Shown piece by piece: positions 42,765 to 58,785 of a DNA stretch of 64,000 nucleotides. Source of the stretch: Octopus vulgaris (lineage: Eukaryota); NCBI GenBank assembly GCA_951406725.2, contig OX597830.1:76694001-76758000 (forward strand), written 5' to 3'. Under the pieces are notes generated by a model, which had not been told where the DNA came from, did no database searches, and saw only the letters and a program-made list of their open reading frames with translations. A program made the position numbers and the translations under genes. Every line of letters starts with the position of its first letter. Positions within the stretch are counted from its first letter, which is position 1.

Positions 42765-42906
42765 CTTCAATAAATATACACACGCAACGAATTCGTGGGA
42801 ATAAATAGGAGAAATTCCTTTAAAAACGGTTTAGTCGTATGAAATTTAAATGAATTTCTTCTATGTTCATTCCCTCGAATTCGGTGCTTGTGTCTATTTA
42901 TTTAAG
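42765..42906. repeat. Older imperfect inverted repeat (about 55-60 bp arms)
   Basis: TAAATATACACACGCAACGGAATTCGTGGGAATAAATAGGAGAAATTCCTTTAAA vs reverse complement TAAATAGACACAAGCACCGAATTCGAGGGAATGAACATAGAAGAAATTCATTTAAA. Confidence 0.8.
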
Positions 42907-42929
42907 CCGTTTAAATTTAGAGTTTAACT

Positions 42930-43389
42930 TAGAGGTTGCTTCCCAACTGTATGGTTCCAGGTTCAGTCCCGCTGCATCGCACTTTGGACAAGTGTCTTCT
43001 ACTATAGTCTCGGGGAGACCAAAGCCATGTGGGTGGATTTAGTAGAAGGAAACTGGAAGAAGCCCGTCATATATATGTATGCATATATCATAATAGTACA
43101 TGTATGAGTGTGTGTCTTTGTGTCTGTGTTTGTCTCCACATCATCGCTTGACAACTGGTATTGGTGTGTTTACGTCCCCATAACTTAGCGGTTTCGCAAA
43201 GAGACCGATAGAATTAGTACTGGATCTAAAAATAAGCCCTGGGATCAAATTGCTTGACAAAACCATTTCAAGGCAGTGCTCCAGTAAGGCCGCAGTCAAA
43301 TAATTATAACAATTAAAAGAACAAAAGAATACATATATATATATACCTACCTACCTACCAACATATATATATGTATATATGTATATATG

Positions 43390-43445
<56 letters not shown>

Positions 43446-43456
43446 TACATATATAC

Positions 43457-43489
<33 letters not shown>

Positions 43490-43700
43490 TATATGCATAT
43501 ATGCATATATATACATATATATATGTGTGTGTATATATGTATGTATGTAGGTAGGTAGGTAGGTAGGTAGGTAGGAATATATATATTCTTTTATTCTTTT
43601 AATTGCTACAATTATTTGACTGCGGCCTTGCTGGAGCACTGCTTTGAAGTCATTTCGTCAAGCAATTTGACGCCAGGTCAATTAATTGTAACAATTAAAA

Positions 43701-43760
<60 letters not shown>

Positions 43761-43775
43761 ACCTACCTACCTAAT
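42930..43775. mobile_element. SINE family A with fold-back duplication of its tail across (TA)n
   Basis: 43244-43360 and 43545-43670 are diverged reverse complements sharing private variants (AAGGCCGCAG, ACAATTAAAAGA, (CCTA)n); third partial copy 43676-43773. Confidence 0.8.
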
Positions 43776-44381
43776 GTAATCGACTAGCCTCAAACCCCAA
43801 AACTTTGTGGCTTTGTGCTTATAGTAAAGCAGATTATTTGTAGCTTTAAGTACCTCGTAATCCATTGTTTCACAAAAAGAAAATCATCCCATATTGTATA
43901 CCACCATTGATGTAAAACAAGTAACGTTAGATAGATCGTCATAGCGTCTTCGTGTTGTTAAGTTAGTGTCATTGCTGGACACCGATGCATACTGAGCATT
44001 TTCTGTTGATTTATGACTGAAACAAGTAAAAGATGAAATATAAAAAAAGATATGGTAGAGTCTCACATATGTTACAAAGTTGAATAGTCATATTTGACAG
44101 ACTTAGATTATACATGCAAGTACGAGAGAATAACTCTCTGTACATTTGTTTAACTCTTCAACGCTCGGGTTGCTCCATCATATGTAAGGTTTGCTTATTC
44201 GCGTAGTTTTGAGTTGATTTTGCATTATCTGATAGCTTTGAGATTTCAATGATGTGATTTCTATTTTATGAATGACATTGTAAGATACGTGTGAAAAGCC
44301 AGACCTTGCTGGTTTGAAGGTAAAAGAGGTGGAATATTTGAGACAAATATGGTCGGTTTATATTCTAAAAGCTTATCTACT

Positions 44382-44750
44382 ACGAGCAAAACGCCTCCCG
44401 TCCAATGGACGGTGCTGAGCTGTCAAACATTTAAACGAAATTTTCTCAAAACAACTTGTCCGACCGTTCCATAGGCCTCCCTTTTTAGAAACACTGATTT
44501 AACCTAAATTTGAGACACCAGTAAAAGAAGAAATAAAGATGGAACTTTGTTCTATTCCAAAGAAAAAACGATTTTATTCACTTTACCGATCGCATTCTCA
44601 CCTGGAATTGATTTTTGTAATTTTTTCAAGACTTATACACGCCCTGATATCGTCGGTATCTACGTATTAAATTTGAGCCCAATCGGATAGAGGATGCCCC
44701 AGATCCTAGAAGCCACACACAGACAGACAGAACGGATTTTATATAAGAGA
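44382..44750 (-). mobile_element. Non-autonomous Helitron-like element, copy 2
   Basis: Homologous to 31405-31729; perfect hairpin CCGTCCAATGGACGG; same CTCG end. Confidence 0.65.
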
Positions 44751-44837
44751 TATACATACTTATGTAAAAAGAAAAGTGTTCGTACAGAATATAGTACATA
44801 TATATGTTATATATGTATATATTTATTGATGTTATAT

Positions 44838-44877
<40 letters not shown>

Positions 44878-45391
44878 GTGTGTATATATAAGTATATATA
44901 TATGTTTAAATATATATGAATATATATACAGGTTGCGATGGGTAAATTGTCGCCATTTTATATCGTTAATTTTGTGCAGTCGCTCTGTTTTTGATTTTGT
45001 CGACTACATAATATGGTAGGGTCAGTTGGGCACCGTGTGTGAGGAAACATCATCACGGCACAGTTCACTCTAGCAGAAATTTGGAAACGAAAACATGGTG
45101 AGAAAGAAGATGGCGACGACACCATAACACTAATAATAACAACAAAAATGCAGATAATAACAGCGTCCTCCACTTCATCATCATGAACAACAATACCACC
45201 AATGACAACAACAATAACAACTGATCATATTGTGTTTTGACGTTGTTCTGGTTTGGTACACACATTCTGGCATCTTTAAGGACAATATGGGTCAATCTGG
45301 GGACTGGTTGTGGTATAAAACCTAGTGACTCTCCTGAAAAAAGGAGACAAAGCCATTTCTCTTTCTCTCTGTCTGTCACTCTTTCTCTCTT

Positions 45392-45436
<45 letters not shown>

Positions 45437-45714
45437 CTTTTTCGCTGTCTTTTTCTATCTCTATGTCTCTCTTTCTCCATATACACATATATAAAATACA
45501 AATACATACATACACAGGCAATCATATATGTATATACACATTTATGAATATGCACAAATATATATAATCTCACACACACATATGTGCGTATGAGTATTAG
45601 CATATGTATATATATACGTATACATACATACATTTACACACTCACATACACGGATATTCACACTCTCTCTTTCTCTCACATGTATGTGTGTGTTTCTCAC
45701 ACACACACACACAT

Positions 45715-45760
<46 letters not shown>

Positions 45761-45842
45761 TCCTTCTTCTTATATATGCATACATATATACATGCGCATA
45801 CAGAGATTGGGAGTAGAAAGAAAGGAAGAGAGAAAGAAAATT

Positions 45843-45912
<70 letters not shown>

Positions 45913-46367
45913 CGTGCAAGAGACATGCAAATAGAATGAAACACAGAGAGAAAAAAAGAGAGACACAGAATAAAGGAGGGAGAGAGAGAAAGGAAAAAAT
46001 ACATTCATCATGTTGGTTTCCAATTCACCCACCACAACCACCACCATTACCAACACCAACACCACCACCAACACTTGCAGTGTCTCTGCGCCCTTTCCCA
46101 CTCTCCCTCCGCCTGCTCTTTCTCTCTCTTTCACTCCGCCTCCTCTCTCCATTCCACCACCACTACATCCAACACCATTCCCACCACCACCATTCACACC
46201 ACCACCATTCACACCACCACTACCACCGCCATCCTCTCCACCATCTTAGTTAACAACAAGACAGAACAAAGGACACCTACAGACAACAGCTATATATCAA
46301 CCAAGACTCTCAAGAAAACACTTCCTTCTCTCTTACTTTACTCTTACTACAACTCTTTCTCCCACCT

Positions 46368-46400
<33 letters not shown>

Positions 46401-46529
46401 GTATATATTACTGTTCCTCTCTCTTCCTCCCTCTTTATATATACTGTTTTCGCGCTCTCCTCTCTCTTTCTCTCTTGCCCACAGTGGAATTATTTTTCCT
46501 GGTAACAAACTGCAATGAATTCTTAATGT

Positions 46530-46873
46530 GAACGATGGTGGTGTGTCGATGGTGATGGCGATGGTGATGGTGGTAGCGTTGGTGGTGGTGTTGGTGGTGG
46601 TGATTGTGTTAGTGGGAGTGATATTGTTGATGGTGGTAGTGGTGTTCGTGATGGTGGTGCAGACTGTGATGCTAGTGATGGTGATGATGTTGTTCGTGGT
46701 GGTTGTGTTGGTTGTGATGGTAGATGTGATGGTGATAGTGGTGACGTTGGTGATGATGATGTTGGTGGTGATGGTGGTGGTGCTAGTGATGGTTGTGGTA
46801 GTGGTTGTGATGGTAATGGTGGTGATGGTAGTGGCAGTGGTGGTGGTGGTGGTTGTGGTATGGTGGTATGGTG

Positions 46874-46905
<32 letters not shown>

Positions 46906-47560
46906 GAGAATGGTGGTAGTAGTGTTCGTGATGGTGATGGTTATGGTAGTGCAGGCTGTGATGTTGGTGATGGTTATGATGTTGTTGTTATTGGTGGTGG
47001 TGGTGGTTGTGTTGGTTGTGATGGTGATGGTATTGGCGGTGGTGGTAGTGGTGGTGGTAGTGGTGATGGTGGTGGTGGTGGTGGTGGTGCTAGTGGTGAT
47101 GGTGGTGGTATTGGTTGTGGTGGGGGTGTTGGCGGTGGTGGTGGCGGTGGTGGTGGTGTGGTGCTGATGGTGTTGAGGAATAATCTTAGTGAGAATGGTG
47201 ATGATGATATTGAATAGAGGAGACGAATAGTAGTGATGGTGAATGGCTTAGAGTCGGTGGTGATGTATGGTGTGATGAGGTATAGTGGTAGATGATGGTG
47301 ATGGTATGATGGTAGATAACAATTCATGATGATAAAGGTAGTGGTTCTATCCTGAACAACAGTGCATGGTAGTAATGGATGAATGGATGGACGGATGCTG
47401 GGACCACGTATAACGGTAAACGATGATCATAATATTGAAGCCGATGATGGTAGATGGTAGGTAGTGGTGATGATGGTGGTGGTCATCGTGGTGTTGTGTT
47501 GGTGATGTTTGTGTTAGCGGTGGTAGTGTGGGCGGTCGTGGTTGCATTGCTGATGTTAGT
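46530..47560. repeat. Degenerate (GGT/GAT)n low-complexity array
   Basis: Directly visible; source of poly-V/G/P ORFs. Confidence 0.95.
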
Positions 47561-47642
47561 GGATGGAACTAACATTGGAGTAAGAGTGCAAAAAGATCAC
47601 CTATCAAGTGAAAAGGGAAAACATTATGAAAAATGATATAAA

Positions 47643-47705
<63 letters not shown>

Positions 47706-48019
47706 ATGTGAGTTATTTTCTGAGTATGCATTGTCTGGAGACTTTTACTTGCAGTTGAAGAAATAGCCAAATTTTTGGCTGCTATTTCTGAAAAGTTCGG
47801 TGTGCGGTAAAGTGAATTTTTTTACTTTACCATATTTTTATAAATTAATACTTCAAATATACCGTAAATGGTCCTTTTACATACCGAATACTGCTTGGTC
47901 GAATTGATTAACAATTAATTAATTCTACCCTTTTTTACTGACTATATATATATATATATGCATGTATGTATGTATGTATGTATGTATGTATGTATGTATG
48001 TATGTATGTATGTATATAT

Positions 48020-48390
48020 GGGCGCAGGAGTGGTTGTATAGTAAGTAGCTTGCTTACCAACCACATGGTTCTGGGTTAAGTCCCAGTGAGTGGTACCTTA
48101 GGCAAGTGTCTTCTACTATAGCCTCGGTGAGACCAAAGCCTTGTGACTGGATTGAGTAGACGGAAACTGAAAGAAGCCCGTTGAATATATATGTATGCGT
48201 AGGTGTGTGGGTGTGTGTTTGTATGTCTTCCCAACATCGCTTGGCAACAGATGCTGGTTCGGGGAAAGTGAATGATAGAATAAGTAGTAGGCTTACAAGG
48301 AATAAGTCCTGGAGTCGATTTGTTCGACTAAAGGCTGTGCTCCAGCATGGCCGCACTTAAATGACTGAAACATAAAAGAATAAAAGAATA
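48020..48390 (+). mobile_element. SINE family A
   Basis: Diagnostic head, body and tail blocks. Confidence 0.85.
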
Positions 48391-48556
48391 AGAGAATAAG
48401 AGAATATAAATATCAAGGAACAGAACATTTTATATTCCGCTCTGTTGAAAAATATCCGAGTGCATTTTCTCCTCGTTTATGTGTTCTTAGATGACTTACA
48501 CACACACGCACACACACACACACGCACACACACACACACACACGCATCCACACACA

Positions 48557-48601
<45 letters not shown>

Positions 48602-48679
48602 AACACGCGCGCGCGTACACACATGTATGTATGGGTAAGTAACGACAATGAAAATTAAAGCATTTAGAACAACAAAAGT

Positions 48680-49620
<941 letters not shown>

Positions 49621-49835
49621 AGAATATGAAGAAAGAAAAAAAGAAGGTTCAAAATAGTCTTGATTACGTCACGAAACTCAATTAAGTTAGATTTCCTTTT
49701 TTTATTTTATTTTATTGTATTACATGTGTGCGTGTGTATGTATGTGTGTGCATGTGTGTGTATGTGAGTGTGTGTGTGTTTGCACGCATAACTTTCTATG
49801 CGTGTGGATGAGGGTGTGTATGGTGTGAAAGTATA

Positions 49836-49882
<47 letters not shown>

Positions 49883-49942
49883 ATATATAAATTATATATA
49901 TACATATACATGAATATATATTCATATATATATATACATCCG

Positions 49943-49974
<32 letters not shown>

Positions 49975-50108
49975 CATGGGTGTGTGTATATGTGTGTGTT
50001 TGCACGTTGCACGTATAACTGTGTTTCTGTGTAAAAGTATGGTTTGATGTGTGAATGTGCATGTATATGTTGGTGTATGTTTGAGTTCGTCTTTACTTGT
50101 GACAGTGT

Positions 50109-50149
<41 letters not shown>

Positions 50150-50734
50150 TGTGTGTGTGTGTGTCTGTGTGTGTGTGTGTGTGTGTGTGTATGCTACTGA
50201 GCGTATATGTGTATGTTTGATTCCGTGTACGTTTTGGCGTACGGATGTATGGGTGTGTATTGCGAAGAGTGAGCGTGTGTTTTGTTTGCGCATGTCTTTG
50301 TATATGTTAGCGTATGTTTGCACATCTGTGCATATGTGTGTTTGTATATATGTATGTATGTATGTATGTGTATGTATGTATGTATGTATGTATGTATGTA
50401 TGTATGTATGTATGTATGTATGTATGTATGTGTGCGTTTGTGTGTGAGAGCATGTGCGTGAGCGTGTGTGTGTGTTTGTGTTTATGTGTATGGCAATGGA
50501 TGTCAAAGCGCATTTGCGTATAAGTGTGAATACATGTATATATGCATGTATGCATTTGCTTGTTTGCATATGTGAATGGATGCATGTGCATGTATGCATG
50601 TGCATGTATGCATGCATGTACGCCTGTAAAGGTGCACACACACACACACATATATATACATATCTTTACATGTCCACTTACACACAAATGTAAATATATA
50701 TATATGTGTGTATGTACACACACACACACACACT

Positions 50735-50784
<50 letters not shown>

Positions 50785-51165
50785 CCTGCGTGTGTATGTG
50801 TGTATGTGTGTGTATGTGTTTATGCTTGTCTCTCATTCTGTGCAACGAAGGAACTGTTCTTAGTCTTTAATTCACTTCGCAGGAAAAATAAAAAAATAAA
50901 TTAAAATAAGACAAAAACCGAAACAAAATAACAAAAAAACGTACAAAATGATGTACAAAATGATGAATATTGATGTAAATATTACTTGTCTGGTTCCACT
51001 AATAATTAATGCCTTCTGATATATTGAGCCAATTTCTCTTTTGGCAGTAAGCAAATCAGTTCAGAGTCTTGAAACTTTTTTTTTCCTTGCAAAAAAAAAA
51101 AAAGAGCAATACAAAAAGCAAAAACAGAAACAAAAACAAAACTGCGAACAGTGATAAAAAAATAT

Positions 51166-51211
<46 letters not shown>

Positions 51212-51247
51212 TAATAATGCTGCTGCTGCTGATGATGATGATGATGA

Positions 51248-51310
<63 letters not shown>

Positions 51311-51355
51311 TAATAATAATAATAATAACAACAATAATAATGATGATGATGATGA

Positions 51356-51418
<63 letters not shown>

Positions 51419-51451
51419 CAACAACAATAATAATGATGATGATGATGATGA

Positions 51452-51506
<55 letters not shown>

Positions 51507-51746
51507 CCAATTATAATGATGATGATGAAGACGATCATCATCATCATCATCATCATCTTCATCATCATCATGACGACGACGATGATGATGTTGATGCTGA
51601 TGATGATGATGATAATGATGAACATAATCAGAAAGATGATAAGAAGAATGAAATTTTTAAAAAAAAGAAAAAAAGAAAAAATAAGAAATTAGAGAAAGTT
51701 TCAAACAAAAAAAGAATGTACTGTAAGCGAGTGTTATGAAATTTGA

Positions 51747-51788
<42 letters not shown>

Positions 51789-51916
51789 TGTATGTTTGTG
51801 TGTGCGTTTGTGTGTGTTTGTGTGCCCTCAGGTAGGTGTGTGTGTGCGAGCTTCAGTGCGTATATATATATACATATATTTATATGTATGTTTATATATA
51901 CACATATACTCATACA

Positions 51917-51956
<40 letters not shown>

Positions 51957-52492
51957 TATATATGTATGCATTTATATGTATGCATATAAATGTACATATA
52001 TACATTCATGCATTCATGCATGCACACGCACAGACACACGCATACACAGATGCACACATACGAATATTTAGAATCATTGATATTATTATTATTATTATTA
52101 ATATTATTACTATTATTATTATTATTATTATTATTATTGTTGTTGTTGTTGTTATTGTTATTATGATTGGTATCATCATCCTCATTATTACATCAGTATC
52201 ATTATCATTCTTATCATCATAATTATCATTATTATTATTATTTTTGAATGCAAAAAAGAGCTTTTTCGGGCCAGAATTCATCAAAGTGCTCAATAAAATA
52301 TCGTATTACAACGAATCTGGACATAACTCAAATGTTGTATGAAGGATTGGTTGCACTGGTCATTTTCTGAGAATTTTCATAACTCTAAAGATCCACAACA
52401 ATTCTATATATACTCTTTCACTCTTGTTTCGGTCATTTGACTGCGGCCATGTATATATATTAGATTTTAGACCTTAATCTTATCTATAAGTT

Positions 52493-52544
<52 letters not shown>

Positions 52545-52889
52545 TATTTATTTGTAGATATATGTTTATACACACACACACATATATGCGTATATAGAGC
52601 GAAGGAAATAGATAGATAGAGAGATAGCTACGTATTTATATATCACATCTCTCTCTCTCTCACTCTCCCCTCTTGTTCAATCTCTGTCTCTCCTCCATCT
52701 CTCTCTCTCTCTCTCTGCGCTAAACCTTATAGTGTAAAATGGAAATTTAACCACTATTGTCGTCGAATAACTTAAAACATTACCAAAATCCAATTTGTTT
52801 GGTCGGACACACCTTGATCGTTATAAGTGTATTGTCAAGCCTCACGTATTATCACATCAAATGCATTATCTTTATTTACAATCATTGAA

Positions 52890-53315
52890 GGCAAGTATAA
52901 CCCGGTCGTCCTTCCCATGGGTGGTCTCCTTTATGTCTTTGTTTTGTGTAATGGAGAAGGGGTTATGAGTAGCTACTACACGCACGATCTGTGACAGACC
53001 AGGGTCATAATCCAATGACAGACTGTTTCTTTTTCTTCAAGACAAATGGGAAATGTCCCTGCTATAGCTCCTAGCTTCTGAATATACCCGTCCGTCTTTC
53101 TGTCCATATGCCGCCATCTTCCACCTGCTCAGCCCCTGCTACTTGATGTTGCATCGTTTGCTTTTTCCTTCTGAAAAACTCCGACCTTCTTTTGATTTTA
53201 GGTACCCTTTTCTTTGTTTTTTTTTTTTTGTATATATATCTGACCTCTTTCCCTGCAGCTATGTCCCTAGATTTCCTTGTTTACTGGGTGTCCTAGAAAC
53301 ATGAGGTAAATTTGT
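52890..53315 (+). mobile_element. Probable 3' UTR of an L1/Tx1-like LINE
   Basis: ORF-less, pyrimidine-rich segment ending GAAACATGAGGTAAAT; assignment from recalled similarity only. Confidence 0.35.
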
Positions 53316-53589
53316 TTGAAAATCTTTGTTACGTGACTGGTTTGTATTTATGTTGAAATATTTGTAAGATTTAAAAGAACTATTGCGGTATAGCAGAAGG
53401 CCAAAGGATATAAAGTGCCGAACTAAATGTACTTCTAATTTAAGTCCTTTATTCAAATAACCACCAGCTTTAGCTTTCATCCTATGAAGAATTGTTTTAT
53501 ATACATATATACATACATACATGCATACATACATAAATACATACATAGATGCATACATACATACATACATACGTACGTACGTACGTACA

Positions 53590-53625
<36 letters not shown>

Positions 53626-53985
53626 GTATGACTGCGGCCATACTGGTGCACCGCCTTTAGTCGAACAAATTGACCCCAGGACTTTTTCTTTGTAAGCCTA
53701 GTACTTATTTTGTTGGTCTCTTTACCAAACCGTTAAGTTACGAGGACGTAAACACACCAGCATCGGTTGTCAAGCGATGGTGGGAGAACAAACGTGAATC
53801 ACAGGCGATTTTCTTCCTCCTTCTTCTGTTCTTTTGGACTTATATATAAGATGGGCTTCTTTCACTGTTTGACACCTTGGGCTAGTGTCTTCTATTATAG
53901 CTTCAGGCCGACCGAAGCCTTGTGAGTGGATTCGTAGACAGAAACTAAAAGAAGCCCGTCGTGTATTCGTGTATATATATGATAT

Positions 53986-54110
<125 letters not shown>

Positions 54111-55258
54111 CATGTATATATAAATGGAACAAAAACGCAATAGAGGGCATTAAAACGTTCGGACAGAAAGACAACTCAAAAGCGGACAAGAGAAACAACT
54201 ATTACAAAGACAGGCAAAAAAGACGGGTTATTCTTGGATTTCTTTCTTCAGTCAAGTACCAGACGTCACGACCATTTCGGACATTTGAGATGGTTCGATC
54301 TTGTTTTTCACAAAAATGTCTAAGCTAAGAACATTAGACCCCTTTGTAAGAAAGCTAGCGAATGTGTACGGCAACAAAGACAAAAGCAAACAAACAAACA
54401 AACAAAAATAGCAAACAAAATGTGGGTGAGGGTGTATTCGTGTGTCTGTGTTTGTCCCCACCACCACCACCACCACCACCACCACCAACATTGTTTGACA
54501 GCCGATGTTGGTGTGTTTACGTCCCCGTGCAATAGCGGTTCGGAAAAAGGGACCGATAGAATAAGTATTAGACTTACAAAGTCCTGGAGTTGATTTGTTC
54601 GACTAAAGGCGGTGCTCCAGCATTGCCGCAGTCAAATGACTGAAGCAAGTAAAAAGAATGCATAAATATGTGTGTGTGTGTGTGTTTGGTTTTGAACGAA
54701 AAGCATTTCCAATAAAGTGAACATTATCGGTTGCACATACAGTGTATATGTTTTGCTTATATGCCAGTTTCCTGTGGGATAGCAGTCTGGGAAAGCTCCC
54801 TTCAAGATGTTGAGTATTAAAAAATACTGAATGTCCCATGCAGATGAGAGAACTCGCTGAAGGTGAACGAGTGTGACAAATACCGATATTTCACGACCGG
54901 GCTGTGTGTTGTGTTCTGGAGCAAAAGCACTTTGTTTCACGTTGTTCCAATTCACTCAACTGTAGAAATGAGCTGTGACGTCACTGGTGCCAACCTGTAT
55001 CGGCCTTTGCCTTTCCCTTGGATAACATCGTTGATGTGGAAAGAGGAGGATGGTATGCATGGGCGACTGCTGGTCTTCCACAAACGTTGCCCGGACTTGT
55101 GCATTGGAGCATAACATTCTAGATGTAATCCCGTGGTCATTCTTTAACACTGGGCGTTGCATAGGGCAGTGCTACTCAAAGTGGTGATCCGCAGATGAAC
55201 AACCCCAGTTCTTAGGTTGTAATTTTAATCTGTTATTTTGTTTAAACTAATACTTACC

Positions 55259-55492
55259 TATTTCTTTACCACCCACAAGGGGGTAAACACAAAGAGGACA
55301 AAGAAGGACAGACAAACGGATTAAGTCAATTATATTGAAATCAGTGCGTAACTGGTACTTATTTAATCGACCCCGAAAGGATGAAAGGCAAAGTCGACAT
55401 CGGCGGAATTTGAACTCAGAACGTAACGGCAGACGAAATACGGCTACGCATTTCGCCCGGCGTGCTAACGTTTCTGCCAGCTCGCCGCCTTA
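55259..55492 (-). mobile_element. Young full-length SINE family B with 19-bp TSD
   Basis: GTTTAAACTAATACTTACC exactly repeated at 55240-55258 and 55493-55511. Confidence 0.9.
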
Positions 55493-55608
55493 GTTTAAAC
55501 TAATACTTACCGTTGAGTAGATTTAACATAGCACACTTTTATGCAAGCATCCAAGGCCAGTTCATCAATTTGAAGATGTCTTCTTTTCTTTTCCTAATCT
55601 GTTTCAAG

Positions 55609-55855
55609 CAGTGGTTCTTAATCGGGGTTCACATAGCCCTAGGGGGTTTGTACAAGATTTTGCTGTTAAAAATTTTTGTGCAATAAATTGGATAGATTTC
55701 TACGATACGTTGTTTTAACGCAATTTCTGAAAATATATTCAATTATAAAAGTACAGTAATTTGTCTTTTATATACATCGAATGTTTAAGGAGGACCACCA
55801 GAGTAAAATAGTCATCAAAAGGGTCCATAGACAAAAAAATGGTTGAGAATCGCTT
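55609..55855. mobile_element. hAT (Charlie-like) MITE, copy 2
   Basis: CAGTGGTTCTTAATC / GGTTGAGAATCGCTT termini; internal similarity to 25514-25792. Confidence 0.65.
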
Positions 55856-56549
55856 ATCTAAAGGAACCTAAAATACGCCATAGCAATTGATCTTTTATTT
55901 TCCTACATTATTTAAACAAAATAATTTTATATAAAACATTTTGGGGGATTAAAAAGAAATTTCTTTATATGCTAAGATAGACAGAGAGAGAGAGCACCAG
56001 TTTATGTACTGTGTACTTGGAACTTCTGGTAAAAAAAAATAATACTACATACGTGACTATTCACTCACTCACTAATCGATACTATTTTATTTCAACATTG
56101 GTTTATTTCATAATGGATATAGTTGTTTTACTCATTCTCTGTCTTTTCTTATAGAATATTGCTGAATATTTCTTTTTGGAAATCCATTATGTGTTCTTGC
56201 ATAGCGTCTCTCTAGTCTACTAAAATAGCTACAAGACAACCAGAGAGTTCTTCAGTGATCACATGATTTGCATGAAATAGTAACCAAATCTCTCGAATCA
56301 CAACACATTGTCTTAAAGAATAAACACGTTTCATTATGCGCTTCTACATAAACTTCTCATATAAAAAAGAAGTGATGGTCACGGTTGCAGCCTCTACGAT
56401 CATCAGACTGTTCCATCAGAGCTCAATTTGTCTTAAACACAAACGCAAAGGTTATCATAGTTTCGAACCACTGAGGAGATCGTTTAAGAAATCACACAAT
56501 CTACTATAAATAACAACTATACTAAAGTGGGGAAATTATAATATGAAGG

Positions 56550-56601
<52 letters not shown>

Positions 56602-56689
56602 AGGGAGAATTCACACAAAAACAAAGGAAGAAGACAGGTGGTGTAGAAAACAAACATATGTATTAGTATAACGCTCGGGAATTGAAAAA

Positions 56690-56726
56690 GTCTTCACGTT
56701 TCGAGCCTACGCTCTTCCACAGAAAG
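56690..56726 (-). ncRNA. Minimal hammerhead-like motif with CUGUGGA core (sibling of 40231-40272)
   Basis: Minus: CUUU-CUGUGGA-A-GAGC-GUAG-GCUC-GAAACGU-GAAG; cleavage-site nucleotide lost or mutated; element spans about 56601-56790. Confidence 0.55.
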
Positions 56727-56785
56727 GAACACAGTAAGAAACAAGGAGAGAAAAATATGTGTAGTGGCTAGCGATCTATCATGGT

Positions 56786-56819
<34 letters not shown>

Positions 56820-57009
56820 GCGTGTGTGTGTTTGTCTGTCTGTGTTTGTCCCCCTAGCATTGCTTGACAACCGATGCTGGTGTGTTTATGTCCCCGTTAC
56901 TTAGCGGTTCGGCAAAAGAGACCGATAGAATAAGTACTGGGCTTACAAAAGAATAAGTCCCGGGGTCGAGTTGCTCGATTAAAGGCGGTGCTCCAGCATG
57001 GCCGCAGTC

Positions 57010-57721
<712 letters not shown>

Positions 57722-57860
57722 TTGAATACGTTTGTAGGGAAGCACACGTACGTACATATATATTACAATTTCTTTTTTCGCATATCATCTATTTGCAAAA
57801 TACAAACACGCTTTCACTCACTCTCACACACAAACACACACATGCACATATTGAATACAA

Positions 57861-57906
<46 letters not shown>

Positions 57907-58262
57907 GGTCATAGACACGATGGTACCAGCGTCTGCCTCCAACTTTTCACTCTCTAACACATCACCAATGACATATTGTACAATGACTCTACTGCAGACG
58001 AGAAAAAGTAGAAACAAAACAAAATCACAAGAAAATGGAAACATTCTGATCACGAGAGTAAAACTTAAGATTAGGCGAGACACATTCGTCGACTTCCGGT
58101 TATGGCGTCCACTCATTCAAGCCGTCGTTTTTTTACATTAATCATCAAGAAGATTTCAAGCTGGAAGCCATTCTTTGTGAAGTCGAACTCTCGCTGTTAT
58201 TCAACAACTGCACCACAGCTTTGTAGTTTATCAGTTAACAAGTCAGACGGACAAGAAACAGC

Positions 58263-58319
<57 letters not shown>

Positions 58320-58323
58320 GGTG

Positions 58324-58370
<47 letters not shown>

Positions 58371-58385
58371 GGTGTGCTGGTAGTG

Positions 58386-58421
<36 letters not shown>

Positions 58422-58532
58422 GTTAGGAAAATAGAGTTATGTTTGTATGTGTTTATGTGCCTGTGTATGTGTATATATATATATGTGTGTGTGTGTATAT
58501 GTGTGTGTGTATGTGTGTATGTATAGGTAAAT

Positions 58533-58785
58533 ATCTATATATAACTGAGAATATGTGTGTCTGTGTGTCTGTATGTGTGCATCACTCAAACTCGAGAACT
58601 ACCCAACCGATTTCATTCAAATTTAGGGTCCATGCGGTGTCATGGGCCAAAATAACTTTCAACTTCTTGCCTAATGCGAGCCCACCGTAACTCTTACTCT
58701 ATTTCAGTATTATGTGTCAAAAGTGAAACAATAACATCTCCATTGAAATGTGAGATAATACTTTCAGTTTAATGCTTTCACTAGT
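58533..58785 (+). mobile_element. Internally deleted Helitron-like element
   Basis: A|TCTATATATAACTGAGAAT...TGTCTGT...AACTACCCAACCGATTTCATTCAAATTT start; CTAG|T at about 58781-58785; no clear 3' hairpin. Confidence 0.5.

Noticed and set aside
46528-47217. 229-aa hydrophobic then Gly-rich ORF
   Set aside because: Degenerate (GGT/GAT)n array; overlapping open frames indicate low complexity rather than coding.
53259-53305. 47-nt micro-exon candidate (CTGAC...CCCTGCAG / GTAAAT)
   Set aside because: Stop codons in all three frames, and it lies in a probable LINE 3' UTR.
54215-54260. Minus CUGAAGA in a TA-adjacent repeat
   Set aside because: No GAAA box or pairing stem II.
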